Below, one piece after another: positions 1 through 9,265 of a stretch of 58,220 nucleotides of DNA. The DNA lies in sequence record DRR723986_34976, one strand, 5' to 3'. A program made the position numbers and the translations under genes. The notes under the pieces are model-generated. The model searched no databases. It saw only the letters and a list, made by a program, of their open reading frames with translations, and had not been told where the DNA came from. The stretch's first letter is position 1, and each line of letters opens with the position of its first letter.

Positions 1-46
1 GTTTGTTCTGCATGACACATGCATTCAAATCACTGCTACATTACCT

Positions 47-217
47 CAAAGCGTAGCGCCGAGGAATCAAATCTGTCCTGTCATTTCCAAGTTTTCACAG
101 AAAACTGTGGCAATCTCAATACAAAAAAGAAGTTTGTTTGTCATTGACTACGCCGAACCTTCGGTTTGACTCCGTCGAATCTTCGATTTCCGACAAAGCG
201 TAGCGCCGAGGAATCTC
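47..217. repeat. Cluster of REP-like extragenic elements (TGTCATT...GGAATCTC/GCAATCTC type) with GNA-triloop mini-hairpins
   Basis: Exact 22-bp direct repeat CAAAGCGTAGCGCCGAGGAATC at 47-68 and 194-215. TGTCATT starts at 79 and 139. Internal 22-bp near-duplicate at 146-167 and 168-189. Confidence 0.7.
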
Positions 218-240
218 ATAATATAACCATCAAAATCCTC

Positions 241-372
241 AAAACTCCAGCAACTTATAAGCAAAACTCCTGCAACTTCCATTTAAAAGTTCAGCACCTT
301 TTTATCAAGAGTTCCGCATCTTGTCAATTAAAGTTGCGCATCTTTCATTATAAAGTTGCGCAACTTCTATAG
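241..372. repeat. Six-unit tandem array with exact 22-bp period; core palindrome AAGTTGCGCAACTT
   Basis: Units start at 241, 263, 285, 307, 329 and 351. The 16-nt semi-conserved part ends in GCANCTT and is followed by 6 variable nt. Perfect palindrome at 353-366. Confidence 0.85.
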
Positions 373-966
373 GCCTACTAATTTTAGGGCAGTTATAGGT
401 CTTATTTTTAGGTTTGAGCCTAAGATTATTTTATGTCAAAAATGAATTGAAGCGAAGCGATAAAAATTTTTAGTAAAATCATCTGAAGCCTTGATTTTTT
501 TGATTCGTTTTTCATAAAGGAAAAAATGAATAGGAGTAAAACACACTAGCTTTACAATAAACCATAAAAAAGCCTAAAAAGCGAGTTAGGATCCTTGTTT
601 TTTAGGCTAAAGCTATCTTGGCCTTGAGCGTTTCTTACCCGCTCAAATCGATAGATTACGCTGTAAAAATACAATTATTTTGTTAGTTTAGGCTACATAT
701 TTACATTAGATTGTTTTTTAAAACGCGGTAATACAGAAGGGACAGTTAAATTATCAGAAGAGCATAAATTAAAAAAATCAAGCTAAAATTTCTTTAAAAA
801 ATGTAATTTGTCACTGTTTTTTTTGATAATAAAAAGGGCGTAAGTACTTTATTTTATATAACAAAACTAAAAATATGCTGCTAAAATTATTGTATGTTTT
901 GCAGACCAACCCAATGGAAACTTAAAATAGAAGTGATTAAAAAATTTAAAACATAAATCATTCTTT

Positions 967-974
967 TAATTTTG
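967..974 (+). promoter_or_regulatory. Putative Bacteroidota sigma-70 -7 element upstream of the polysaccharide region
   Basis: TAATTTTG matches TAnnTTTG; no clear -33 element. Confidence 0.4.
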
Positions 975-1149
975 GTTGATGTTATAGAAAAAGCAAGAGT
1001 GTGTCATGGGACTCACTGTGGCGAAGCCGTGGTAATTTTTTAGTAAAATCTTCTCAAGTCTAGATGTCCTGTCTGCCGTAGGCATGGTAAGCTGGTTTGA
1101 ATACTTTTTGATCAATGCAAAAAGTATTGCATAGCATAGTAGAATCTCA

Positions 1150-1233
1150 AAAAGCCAAAACCCAACATCCAAAACCTCACATCTAACGTCTCACGTCTCA
1201 CATCTAAAATCCTCATTCGTAAATCTTAAATCC
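1150..1233. repeat. Degenerate heptamer tandem repeat (12 units)
   Basis: aaaagcc aaaaccc aacatcc aaaacct cacatct aacgtct cacgtct cacatct aaaatcc tcattcg taaatct taaatcc. Confidence 0.8.
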
Positions 1234-1383
1234 TTTTGCTGGGATAGGAGGTAGCTGTTAGTATAGAGGATGAGCGTGATACACCTTGGCTTAACCATTT
1301 GTTAACTAAAAGACTAAAATTTTCTAAAGCGGTTAGAGGAATTAATGTAGTTTTGTTGGCAAAGCTTAAAGTAGATTGAGATA

Positions 1384-1624
1384 GTGTTAATGCCAAAGCC
1401 CATTAACAAAGAGGTATTATCTGTAGATCCTACTTATTTTAGATCAACAGAGGTAGATTTATTAATTGGGGATGCTTCTAAGGCCAAAGAAAAATTAGGT
1501 TGGGAGTGCGGGTACCAATTAAGCGATTTGGTAAAGGACATGATGCAGAGGGATCTTAAGCTGATGCAAAAAGACCAGTACCTTAAAGATGGGGGGGTAC
1601 CAAACCATGAATTACTATGAGTAG
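1384..1624 (+). pseudogene. gmd: GDP-mannose 4,6-dehydratase, C-terminal remnant
   Basis: VDPTYFRSTEVDLLIGDASKAKEKLGW matches the Gmd C-terminus; the N-terminal part is missing. The G7 tract at 1591-1597 shifts the frame, and G6 would restore the ending DGGYQTMNYYE*. Confidence 0.9.
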
Positions 1625-2091
1625 CATTAATAAAGGCGCCAAAATATATATCTCAGGATATAGAGTTATGGTGGGCTCTGCAGTATGGAGAGCTTTAGAA
1701 CATGAAGGTTATACCAATCTTATTGGTAAAACAAGCAAGGAGTTAGACCTTAGAAAACAAAATCAGGTAATGAACTTTGTTGAGCATGAGGGACCTGAGG
1801 TTATCATTCATACCGCCGCAAAAGTTGGTGGAATTTTAGCCAATAATGACAATCCATACGCCTTTTTGATGGATAATTTGCAGATGTCACTATAAATGAA
1901 TTGGCTGAAATAATCCAAAATATGACAGGACATCAGGGAGATATTGACTTGGACAGGACCAAACCAGATGGTACGTCGCGAAAGTTGATGGATATTTGAA
2001 AATTAAGACACTCGGGTGGAATTCCATGATTAAATTAAAAAGTGGTGTCAAAATAATATATGATTGGTAATTAGAGAATAAAATCGGGTGA
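1617..2091 (+). pseudogene. fcl: GDP-L-fucose synthase, internally deleted and mutated
   Basis: The N-terminus (KIYISGYRVMVGSA, AAKVGGILAN, DNLQ) is joined at about 1881-1885 to a C-terminal part in another frame ([11 protein letters not shown]...[12 protein letters not shown], then LGW...YDW*). Confidence 0.9.
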
Positions 2092-2208
2092 AAAAAATTT
2101 CACAAAGGTTTCACTTAAATTTTATTTGACTGAAGGATATATTTCAATCTTATTTAATTATGACAGCTTATTTAATCATAAATATATATTATTTAATAGT
2201 TTATAATA

Positions 2209-3753
2209 ATGATTGGAACTAAAAGTACTAAATCAAATTCTCTTTGGAATATTTCAAATCATCTTTTTTCGGTGGTTTCGTTATTTTTTCTGTTTCCATT
2301 TTTAATAAAAAATATTGGTGCCGCTAGTTATGGTTTTTTTATTTTTTTAAGTACAATAAATGGTATCGCTAGTATTGCAAATTTTGGTTTTGGTGAAGCT
2401 ACGTTAAGATACGTAGCTCTTTATTACACAAAAAATGAAATTCCTACCATAAAAAATATACTTTCTACATCGTTACTTATTTATATTGTATTAGGTGCTT
2501 TTGTAGGTTCTATGGTTTATTTATTAGCACCTCAAATTTCAGATTTATTAAAAGAAAAAAGTATTGACTCAGAAACAGCAATCTATTTAATAAGGGTCTC
2601 TGCCGCAACCTTTATTGTTCGGTTTACTTTTGGAATTTTTGCTATGGTGCCGCAGGCCTTACAACGCTTTGATATATCATCCAAGATAATTATTGGTGAG
2701 ACTATATTAAGGGTTGCGTTATACGTTATTGTCATATTTAAGGGATACGGATTAACTGGACTAGTTTACAGTGAATTACTATTAGCTTTAATTTATGTAG
2801 TTGCAAACTATTTTATTACTTCAAGTATATTTAAAAAAATATGGTTTTTAGGGAGATTTTCTAAAGATCTATTTAAGCAAATTTTCAGTTATTCTATTTA
2901 TGCGGCATTAACTCAAATTGTAGGTTTGCTATGGCAATATTCAGATCGTATACTTTTGGGCTATTTTATTGGAAGTGCTGCCATTGCTTATTTTTCTGTA
3001 CCTCAGCAAATAATTTTTAAAATTCTTGGAGTAATTGCCGCAGGATCTGCCGTGTTATTTCCTAAATTTAGTGTTGATGTAATAAGTGAAGACATTAAAC
3101 TCATTTTCAAAAAATACACCTTGTTATTTTTAATGTTTTCAATAATTATATTTTCAACTTTAAGTTTAATAATACCGGATTTTTTGACGTTATGGATATC
3201 GCCTGAGTTTGCAGAACAAGCTAAAGACATTGCAATAATATTGGCAATGAGTTGCATCATAAGAGGAGCTTTTCCTGTTTATCAAAATTTATTTAAGGGA
3301 ATTGGCAAACCTAAATATAACTTGTATATAATTACCGCTAGTTCTTTGACTATTGTTATACTAGATCTTATTCTAATACCTAGGCTTGGTCTTAAAGGTG
3401 CAGGAATTGCATATTTATTGAGCCCTCTGGTAGGCGTAGTGACAATTTATTTTATTTATATTAAACTTTTTAAAGAATCTATAAGACAACCATTTTTTTT
3501 GTTGCTTGTTCCCTTAATTATTGGTTACTTCACACTGCTTGTAGGATTCAATTTAAAAGGGTATTTAAATTTTCAAATTGGATGGGCAAGTATGATTTTT
3601 ACTTCGGTCGTTTTTGCATTATTACTAGGTATACTTTTAATCTTATATTTTAACAGATTTTCAAAAATATACAAAGAGGTTATTTCTATTTTTCAAATAA
3701 ATGAACTTACGGGAGTAATAAGTATATTCACTTCTAAAACATCTAAAAACTAA
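2209..3753 (+). CDS. wzx: Wzx-type polysaccharide flippase
   Basis: 514 aa polytopic membrane protein with MOP/flippase motifs (IGAASYG, ANFGFG, YSDRILLGYF, LIPRLGLKGAG). Confidence 0.85.
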   Translation: MIGTKSTKSNSLWNISNHLFSVVSLFFLFPFLIKNIGAASYGFFIFLSTINGIASIANFGFGEATLRYVALYYTKNEIPTIKNILSTSLLIYIVLGAFVGSMVYLLAPQISDLLKEKSIDSETAIYLIRVSAATFIVRFTFGIFAMVPQALQRFDISSKIIIGETILRVALYVIVIFKGYGLTGLVYSELLLALIYVVANYFITSSIFKKIWFLGRFSKDLFKQIFSYSIYAALTQIVGLLWQYSDRILLGYFIGSAAIAYFSVPQQIIFKILGVIAAGSAVLFPKFSVDVISEDIKLIFKKYTLLFLMFSIIIFSTLSLIIPDFLTLWISPEFAEQAKDIAIILAMSCIIRGAFPVYQNLFKGIGKPKYNLYIITASSLTIVILDLILIPRLGLKGAGIAYLLSPLVGVVTIYFIYIKLFKESIRQPFFLLLVPLIIGYFTLLVGFNLKGYLNFQIGWASMIFTSVVFALLLGILLILYFNRFSKIYKEVISIFQINELTGVISIFTSKTSKN

Positions 3754-3766
3754 AAAGACTTAAACG

Positions 3767-4708
3767 ATGATTAAAAAAATAATTCTCAAAATATTTGGCA
3801 GAGAACGCATTGAATACCTACGTTCGAAACCATTGTTAGTACATGGGAAATATCGAAAACTTATTGATGAAATAGAGTCTTATTCGCAAATAATCAAAAA
3901 GAATTATGGCAATGATGCCGAACTTTCAAAGCTTTTAACTCGCAAATTTGCTCATATTTTAGACAAAGGTTTACACAGAAAAGATGTTGAGGCAGGACAT
4001 AGTAATACTATAGCGACAGAACTTGAAAAGCACCTTAACATTATTGAGAAAATAAATCCTGAAGATAGTACTGATCAAACTATTTTGTGGGCAAAAGAGA
4101 AACTAAATATTTATAATCAACTTCAGGAAACAGGAAAAATAGACGAACTTAAAGAAGAACCTTTAAAACCTGCTATAGATTTTAATACTTTTTTCGAATT
4201 AATAAAAGCCAGACGATCAAATCGACAATTTTTGGATAAACCAATTGACGACCAAACAATTAAAAAATTAGCAGAAACAGTAAATTGGGCATCTTCAAGC
4301 TGTAACAAACAACCCATAAAACTATTTGCTACCAATAATCCAGAACTTGCAAAACAATGTTTGAACCAATGCAAAGGGGGTACTGGCTTTAGCAAAAACA
4401 TTCCTTGCTTTATAGCTTTTTGCGCAGATATGCGTGGTTATTATTTGCCCGATGAAATGTATTTACCTGCCATAGATGTTTCCTTGGGAGCACAAAACTT
4501 CTTTGTTGCGACTACTGCTTTGCATCTTTCTGCAACAGGTTTAAGTTGGGCATTAAAAGATAGAGAAGAAGAAAAAAAACTTAAAAGCATTTTAAATATA
4601 CCCGAATACTATCAAATTATATTTAATGCAGCTGTTGGATATGCACAAAAGGAATATGTACAACCTGTTAGAAAACCTTTAAAAAACACCCTTCAAATTA
4701 TAAAATAA
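3767..4708 (+). CDS. Nitroreductase-family flavoprotein with N-terminal extension
   Basis: IKARRSNRQF and ASSSCNKQP are nitroreductase FMN-binding motifs; an N-terminal domain of about 135 aa contains AHILDKGL. Confidence 0.8.
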   Translation: MIKKIILKIFGRERIEYLRSKPLLVHGKYRKLIDEIESYSQIIKKNYGNDAELSKLLTRKFAHILDKGLHRKDVEAGHSNTIATELEKHLNIIEKINPEDSTDQTILWAKEKLNIYNQLQETGKIDELKEEPLKPAIDFNTFFELIKARRSNRQFLDKPIDDQTIKKLAETVNWASSSCNKQPIKLFATNNPELAKQCLNQCKGGTGFSKNIPCFIAFCADMRGYYLPDEMYLPAIDVSLGAQNFFVATTALHLSATGLSWALKDREEEKKLKSILNIPEYYQIIFNAAVGYAQKEYVQPVRKPLKNTLQIIK

Positions 4709-4712
4709 CAAC

Positions 4713-5948
4713 ATGAAAAAAATACTAATCATAAACCAATATGCAGGAAACAAAGGAGACAGAGCTGTTTTGTTTGCCCTTTGTCGTTTGTTAATTAGTA
4801 ATGTAAAGTTTATACAGATAACTGTTTCAACTACAGACCCATCACTTTGGAAGGATTATAGTTTTTATGAGGACAATAATATCGATTTCATTCCTTCGGC
4901 CTGGGATTACAATAATGTATCGGGTATTCTAAAACGAAATTATTTTAAACTGCTTCAAAAAATTAAAAAATATACCTATAGCGTTTTAAGAGAAAATTAT
5001 TTAAGGTTTAATCTTCCAATTGAAAGATTTCTGGTAAATCCAATATTTTATAAAGTTGCAAAAAAGTCGGATATTATTATTAGCACTGGTGGCCATCATT
5101 ACACAACAATACTATCCAAAGACTTAGTTTCTCACTTACCATTTGAATTATGTTCTGCTTTAAAATTAAACAAGAATACCATAATTTTTTCCCAAAGTAT
5201 AGGACCATTTGAGTTTCATAATAAAAGAAATGAAAAATATATTCGTAGTCTTTTAAACAACTGTAAAAAGATTTTTATTAGAGAAAAGGATTCGTTTAAA
5301 TTCCTAGATGAATTACAAGTTAAAACAGAGCATCTCGACAAGGTTCCTGAAACTGTAATTTCTTTAAGTACATTATTTGATAATTATATTAAACCTACCG
5401 AAAGAGATAAAAAGGTTGGAATTGCCATATATAGCACTAAAAAAAGATCTAGCGAGGAAAAAAATCATTACATAAATAGTCTTGCAGATTTCTGTAATTA
5501 TGTCATTAAGCTTGGATATAATATTGAATTTTTCCCGATGGAACTCAAAGAAACTGAGCCAGACGACAGGAAGATGATTAAAGAAATCACTACCAAGATT
5601 TCCAAAAAAGAAAAATATATAATTCATGATAAAGATTTGGAAACAGAGCACCATATTAAAGCAGTTGCTAAATGTCGTTTATTTGTAGGTCATAAAACAC
5701 ATTCTGTAGTATTTGCTTTAACGAGTGGAACACCCTTAATAGCTATAGAGTATCATCCAAAAACTAGAAATTTTATGACTCAGTTTGACTCTGAATTTTA
5801 TTCAATTAATGACGATATATTGACATTTGATCTTTTAAAAGAAAAATTTAATGCTTTGGAATTGGAGTTCGATAAAGTTGGAAAACATTTATTTTCAACA
5901 GCAATACAATTTTCAAAAGGGTTAGAAACAAGTATAGGTAAACTGTAA
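4713..5948 (+). CDS. Polysaccharide pyruvyltransferase (WcaK-like)
   Basis: Motifs GNKGDRA, STGG, SQSIGPF, IFIREKDS, GHKTHSVVFAL and IEYHPKT. Confidence 0.85.
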   Translation: MKKILIINQYAGNKGDRAVLFALCRLLISNVKFIQITVSTTDPSLWKDYSFYEDNNIDFIPSAWDYNNVSGILKRNYFKLLQKIKKYTYSVLRENYLRFNLPIERFLVNPIFYKVAKKSDIIISTGGHHYTTILSKDLVSHLPFELCSALKLNKNTIIFSQSIGPFEFHNKRNEKYIRSLLNNCKKIFIREKDSFKFLDELQVKTEHLDKVPETVISLSTLFDNYIKPTERDKKVGIAIYSTKKRSSEEKNHYINSLADFCNYVIKLGYNIEFFPMELKETEPDDRKMIKEITTKISKKEKYIIHDKDLETEHHIKAVAKCRLFVGHKTHSVVFALTSGTPLIAIEYHPKTRNFMTQFDSEFYSINDDILTFDLLKEKFNALELEFDKVGKHLFSTAIQFSKGLETSIGKL

Positions 5949-5950
5949 TA

Positions 5951-7195
5951 ATGAACATTCTTTTTATAGCTTCGGGATTTCCACCTTACATGTTTTCAGA
6001 AAACATTGTAAACGGTAAATTAGTGTTAGCTTTTAAGAAGGAAGGATGGCATGTAGATGTACTATCTAAAAAAGATGAGGGAGCCTTGTATTCTAAAAGT
6101 TGGCTATCTCCTTTCGAAAGTCTACATGAAATAACACATGAAATAACGTATCCAAAAGGTTCCCAATTTGTACGTCTTATAGATCTTATTTATTCAACAA
6201 TAATACTAAGAGGTTTTCCGTTGTCTGGTGTGCGGTGGGGTAGAAGGATTTACCACAAAGCTTTAGAATTATTAAAAGATAATAGTTATGATGTAATAAT
6301 TACCCGATCACCCAACGATATTTCACATTTGGTGGGTTTTAAGCTTTCCAAAAAAACAAAAACACCCTGGATAGCAAATTGGAATGATCCGGCAGCAACC
6401 ATCTGGCCAGAGCCATACACACATCAGTTTTCTATACTTAATAAGTTGCTTCTTAATCGTTTTATTGATAAAGCTTTAGAAAAGGCAAGTATTAATACGT
6501 TTCCTTCCGAAACACTTAAAAATCATTTTGCCACCCATTTCCTTGTGCTTGATAAAAAGCAATCGGCAATAATCCCACACATTGCTTTAATTGAAGAAGA
6601 ATACGATACTCTACCAAGAACTACTTCAAATCAGAAGGTAATCAGGATGTGTCATGCCGGAAATTTGTCTTATGAACGTGATCCTAATTTATTTTTCAAG
6701 GCACTGAAAAAAATTAAAGACGAGTGTTCTATGAGCATCCATCTTGATATTATGGGTGTGATTAATGATTATACCCAAAGCCTGATTGAAAAATATGACC
6801 TACAAAATGAAATAAAATATATTGGAGGATTTCCTTTTGTTGATGCCTTAAAGAAAATGTCTGATTATGATGTTTTAGTATTAATTGAAGCTGAAATGGA
6901 TTTTGGAATTTTCTTTCCCAGCAAATTGGTAGACTACAATCAGGTTAATGTTCCAATACTTGCCATATCGCCAAAAAGAGGTTATACAAATAGTCTATTT
7001 TCAAAATTTAAGGCTGGTGTTGCCGTTAACAACAATGATGAACAGGATATCTATAATGGTCTAAAAAAATTAATTGAACTAAAATCTAAAGGAAAATTAG
7101 AAGAAGCATTTGATTTAGGTGCTCTACAGAAATTTTATTCAACAAAAGAAATTATAAATCAATATAAAAAAATATTTAAAGGCTTAACCTCATGA
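5951..7195 (+). CDS. Glycosyltransferase, GT-B fold (GT4-like)
   Basis: Motifs [20 protein letters not shown] and PSKLVDY. Confidence 0.75.
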   Translation: MNILFIASGFPPYMFSENIVNGKLVLAFKKEGWHVDVLSKKDEGALYSKSWLSPFESLHEITHEITYPKGSQFVRLIDLIYSTIILRGFPLSGVRWGRRIYHKALELLKDNSYDVIITRSPNDISHLVGFKLSKKTKTPWIANWNDPAATIWPEPYTHQFSILNKLLLNRFIDKALEKASINTFPSETLKNHFATHFLVLDKKQSAIIPHIALIEEEYDTLPRTTSNQKVIRMCHAGNLSYERDPNLFFKALKKIKDECSMSIHLDIMGVINDYTQSLIEKYDLQNEIKYIGGFPFVDALKKMSDYDVLVLIEAEMDFGIFFPSKLVDYNQVNVPILAISPKRGYTNSLFSKFKAGVAVNNNDEQDIYNGLKKLIELKSKGKLEEAFDLGALQKFYSTKEIINQYKKIFKGLTS

Positions 7196-8334
7196 AAAAA
7201 GTGTTATTAGTATTTGGAACAAGACCGGAAGCCATTAAAATGGCGCCTTTGGTTAAAGAATTTCAAAAACATCCTAAACAGTTCGAAACAAAAGTCTGTG
7301 TTACTGCACAACACAGGCAGATGCTTGATCAGGTACTGGATTTTTTTGAAATTAAACCTGATTTTGATTTGAATATTATGGCACCAAATCAGGATTTGTA
7401 TGATATTACAAGTAAAGTCTTGCTTGGAGTGCGTGATGTGTTAAAAACATTCAATCCTGATATTGTTTTAGTACATGGTGATACCACTACCTCAACAGCA
7501 ACCGCGCTAGCGGCATTTTACAGCAAGATTAAAATAGGACATGTAGAGGCTGGCTTAAGAACCTACAATTTACAATCGCCTTGGCCTGAAGAAATGAATA
7601 GACAAGTTACCGATAGAATCTGTGATTTTTATTTTGCACCTACAAATCTGTCTAAACAAAACCTCTTAGATGAAGGTATAGAGATCAATAAAATTATCGT
7701 TACCGGCAATACTGTTATTGATGCCCTATTATTTGCAATAGAAAAAATTAAAAAAGACCCAACACTGCAAAAGGAACTGACTTCAACAATATCTGCAAGT
7801 GGTTACAAGCTGAAAAGGGATAATGAGCAAGAACGTGATTATGTTTTAGTGACAGGTCATCGAAGAGAAAACTTTGGAGATGGTTTTCAAAATATTTGTA
7901 AGGCGATAAAGCAGATTGCCATACAACATCCTGAACTGGATTTGGTATATCCAGTGCACCTAAATCCAAACGTTCAAAAACCAGTTTATGAGTTGCTTTC
8001 TGATTTACCAAATGTTTTTCTAATCAACCCACTCGATTATTTACCATTTATATTTTTAATGCAACATTGTAAGTTGGTGTTAACAGACAGTGGTGGTATT
8101 CAAGAAGAGGCTCCTTCACTGGGTAAACCCGTTTTAGTATTGCGCAATACAACTGAACGTCCAGAGGCTTTAGATGCTGGTACTGTGAAGTTGGTTGGAA
8201 CTTCAACAAAGCAAATAGTTGAAAATGTGGAAAATCTGCTCACAAGTGAATCTCTTTACACAACAATGAGTAAAGCACATAACCCATATGGTGGTGGAAA
8301 ATCTAGCTTAAAAATTCTTGAATTTTTGAATTAA
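7192..8334 (+). CDS. wecB: UDP-N-acetylglucosamine 2-epimerase (non-hydrolysing)
   Basis: Motifs [36 protein letters not shown] and TTERPE. Confidence 0.95.
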   Translation: MKKVLLVFGTRPEAIKMAPLVKEFQKHPKQFETKVCVTAQHRQMLDQVLDFFEIKPDFDLNIMAPNQDLYDITSKVLLGVRDVLKTFNPDIVLVHGDTTTSTATALAAFYSKIKIGHVEAGLRTYNLQSPWPEEMNRQVTDRICDFYFAPTNLSKQNLLDEGIEINKIIVTGNTVIDALLFAIEKIKKDPTLQKELTSTISASGYKLKRDNEQERDYVLVTGHRRENFGDGFQNICKAIKQIAIQHPELDLVYPVHLNPNVQKPVYELLSDLPNVFLINPLDYLPFIFLMQHCKLVLTDSGGIQEEAPSLGKPVLVLRNTTERPEALDAGTVKLVGTSTKQIVENVENLLTSESLYTTMSKAHNPYGGGKSSLKILEFLN

Positions 8335-8350
8335 AAATGAAATTAAAATT

Positions 8351-9265
8351 GTGAAACACATTTTAATCACAGGAAGTAATCGCTCAAGAACGACTTGGGT
8401 TGGAGAGATTTTGAAATTAGATAAGAAAACGAATTATATATATGAGTCTTTTGGTAAGGAGCGTGTAACACTAAAAAAAGAAAACCCTTTTCAGTATCAT
8501 TTTCACTATGTGACAAAAGATGAATCTCTAGTTGCAAAAGAATATTTAGACTGTTGTTTTAGCGAAAACAACTAATCGTGGATCAAAGATTTTAACATTA
8601 ACCCTACAACGCGACGGTTATTTACGTCAACATATCGAAAAGTAAAGTCTATAATACGGGCTTACAAAAGTTACAGAGGTTACATTATTAAAGATCCGTT
8701 AGCTCTTTTCTCTGCTCCATGGTTATATGAAAATTATCATTTAGATGTATTAATTATTATTAGACATCCTGCAGCATATGTTAATAGTATCAAAAGAATG
8801 AATTGGAGAGTTAATCCAAGAGATTATTTGAAACAACCAGAATTAATGGATAAATATTTATCTGAACTCAAAGTTGAAATTGAAGCCTATGAACAAACAG
8901 ATGATAACATTGTCGAAGAGGCTGCCTTACGCTGGAAAATATATCATCTTGTTATAAAAAAGTATCAAAAAGAATATCCCGATTGGTATTACATAAAACA
9001 TGAGACCATTTCAGAAAATCCTCTGTCAGAGTTCAAAAAAATTTTTAATGAATTCAACTTGGAATTTGATAAATCTACAAAAGTAAAAATAATTGAAAGT
9101 ACCACATCATCCTCCAAAATAAATAGAGATGTTCACATTTTAAAAAGGGATTCAAAAAAGAATATTAAAAAATGGAAGACTCAGTTGTCATCACAAGAAA
9201 TAGATACAATTAAATATATTACAAAAGATGTGTCAAAGTTATTTTATAATGAATTAGATTGGTAA
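8351..9265 (+). pseudogene. Sulfotransferase disrupted by an in-frame TAA
   Basis: ORFs 8351-8575 and 8798-9265 are in the same frame and open across the single TAA at 8573-8575. 5'-PSB-like motif ITGSNRSRTTWV (usually RSGTT), IIKDP, and 3'-PB-like IRHPAAYVNS. Confidence 0.85.

Noticed and set aside
241..372. CRISPR array
   Set aside because: The period is only 22 bp with 6-nt variable parts, the repeats are degenerate, and there are no cas genes in the window.
166..372. 68-aa ORF
   Set aside because: It runs through REP-like elements and a 22-bp (non-triplet) array from a TTG start, so it is probably a chance ORF.
667..786. Open frame containing KLSEEHKLKKS, reminiscent of a NUMOD3 motif
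   Set aside because: No start codon, very short, and the similarity is too weak.
541..1000. Invertible promoter for capsule phase variation
   Set aside because: No long inverted repeats flank the promoter candidate, and no recombinase is in the window.
966..1172. 68-aa minus-strand ORF
   Set aside because: It overlaps repeats and a putative plus-strand leader and has no recognisable motif.
1591..1597. G7 tract as a phase-variation switch
   Set aside because: It lies at the end of an already truncated gmd fragment.
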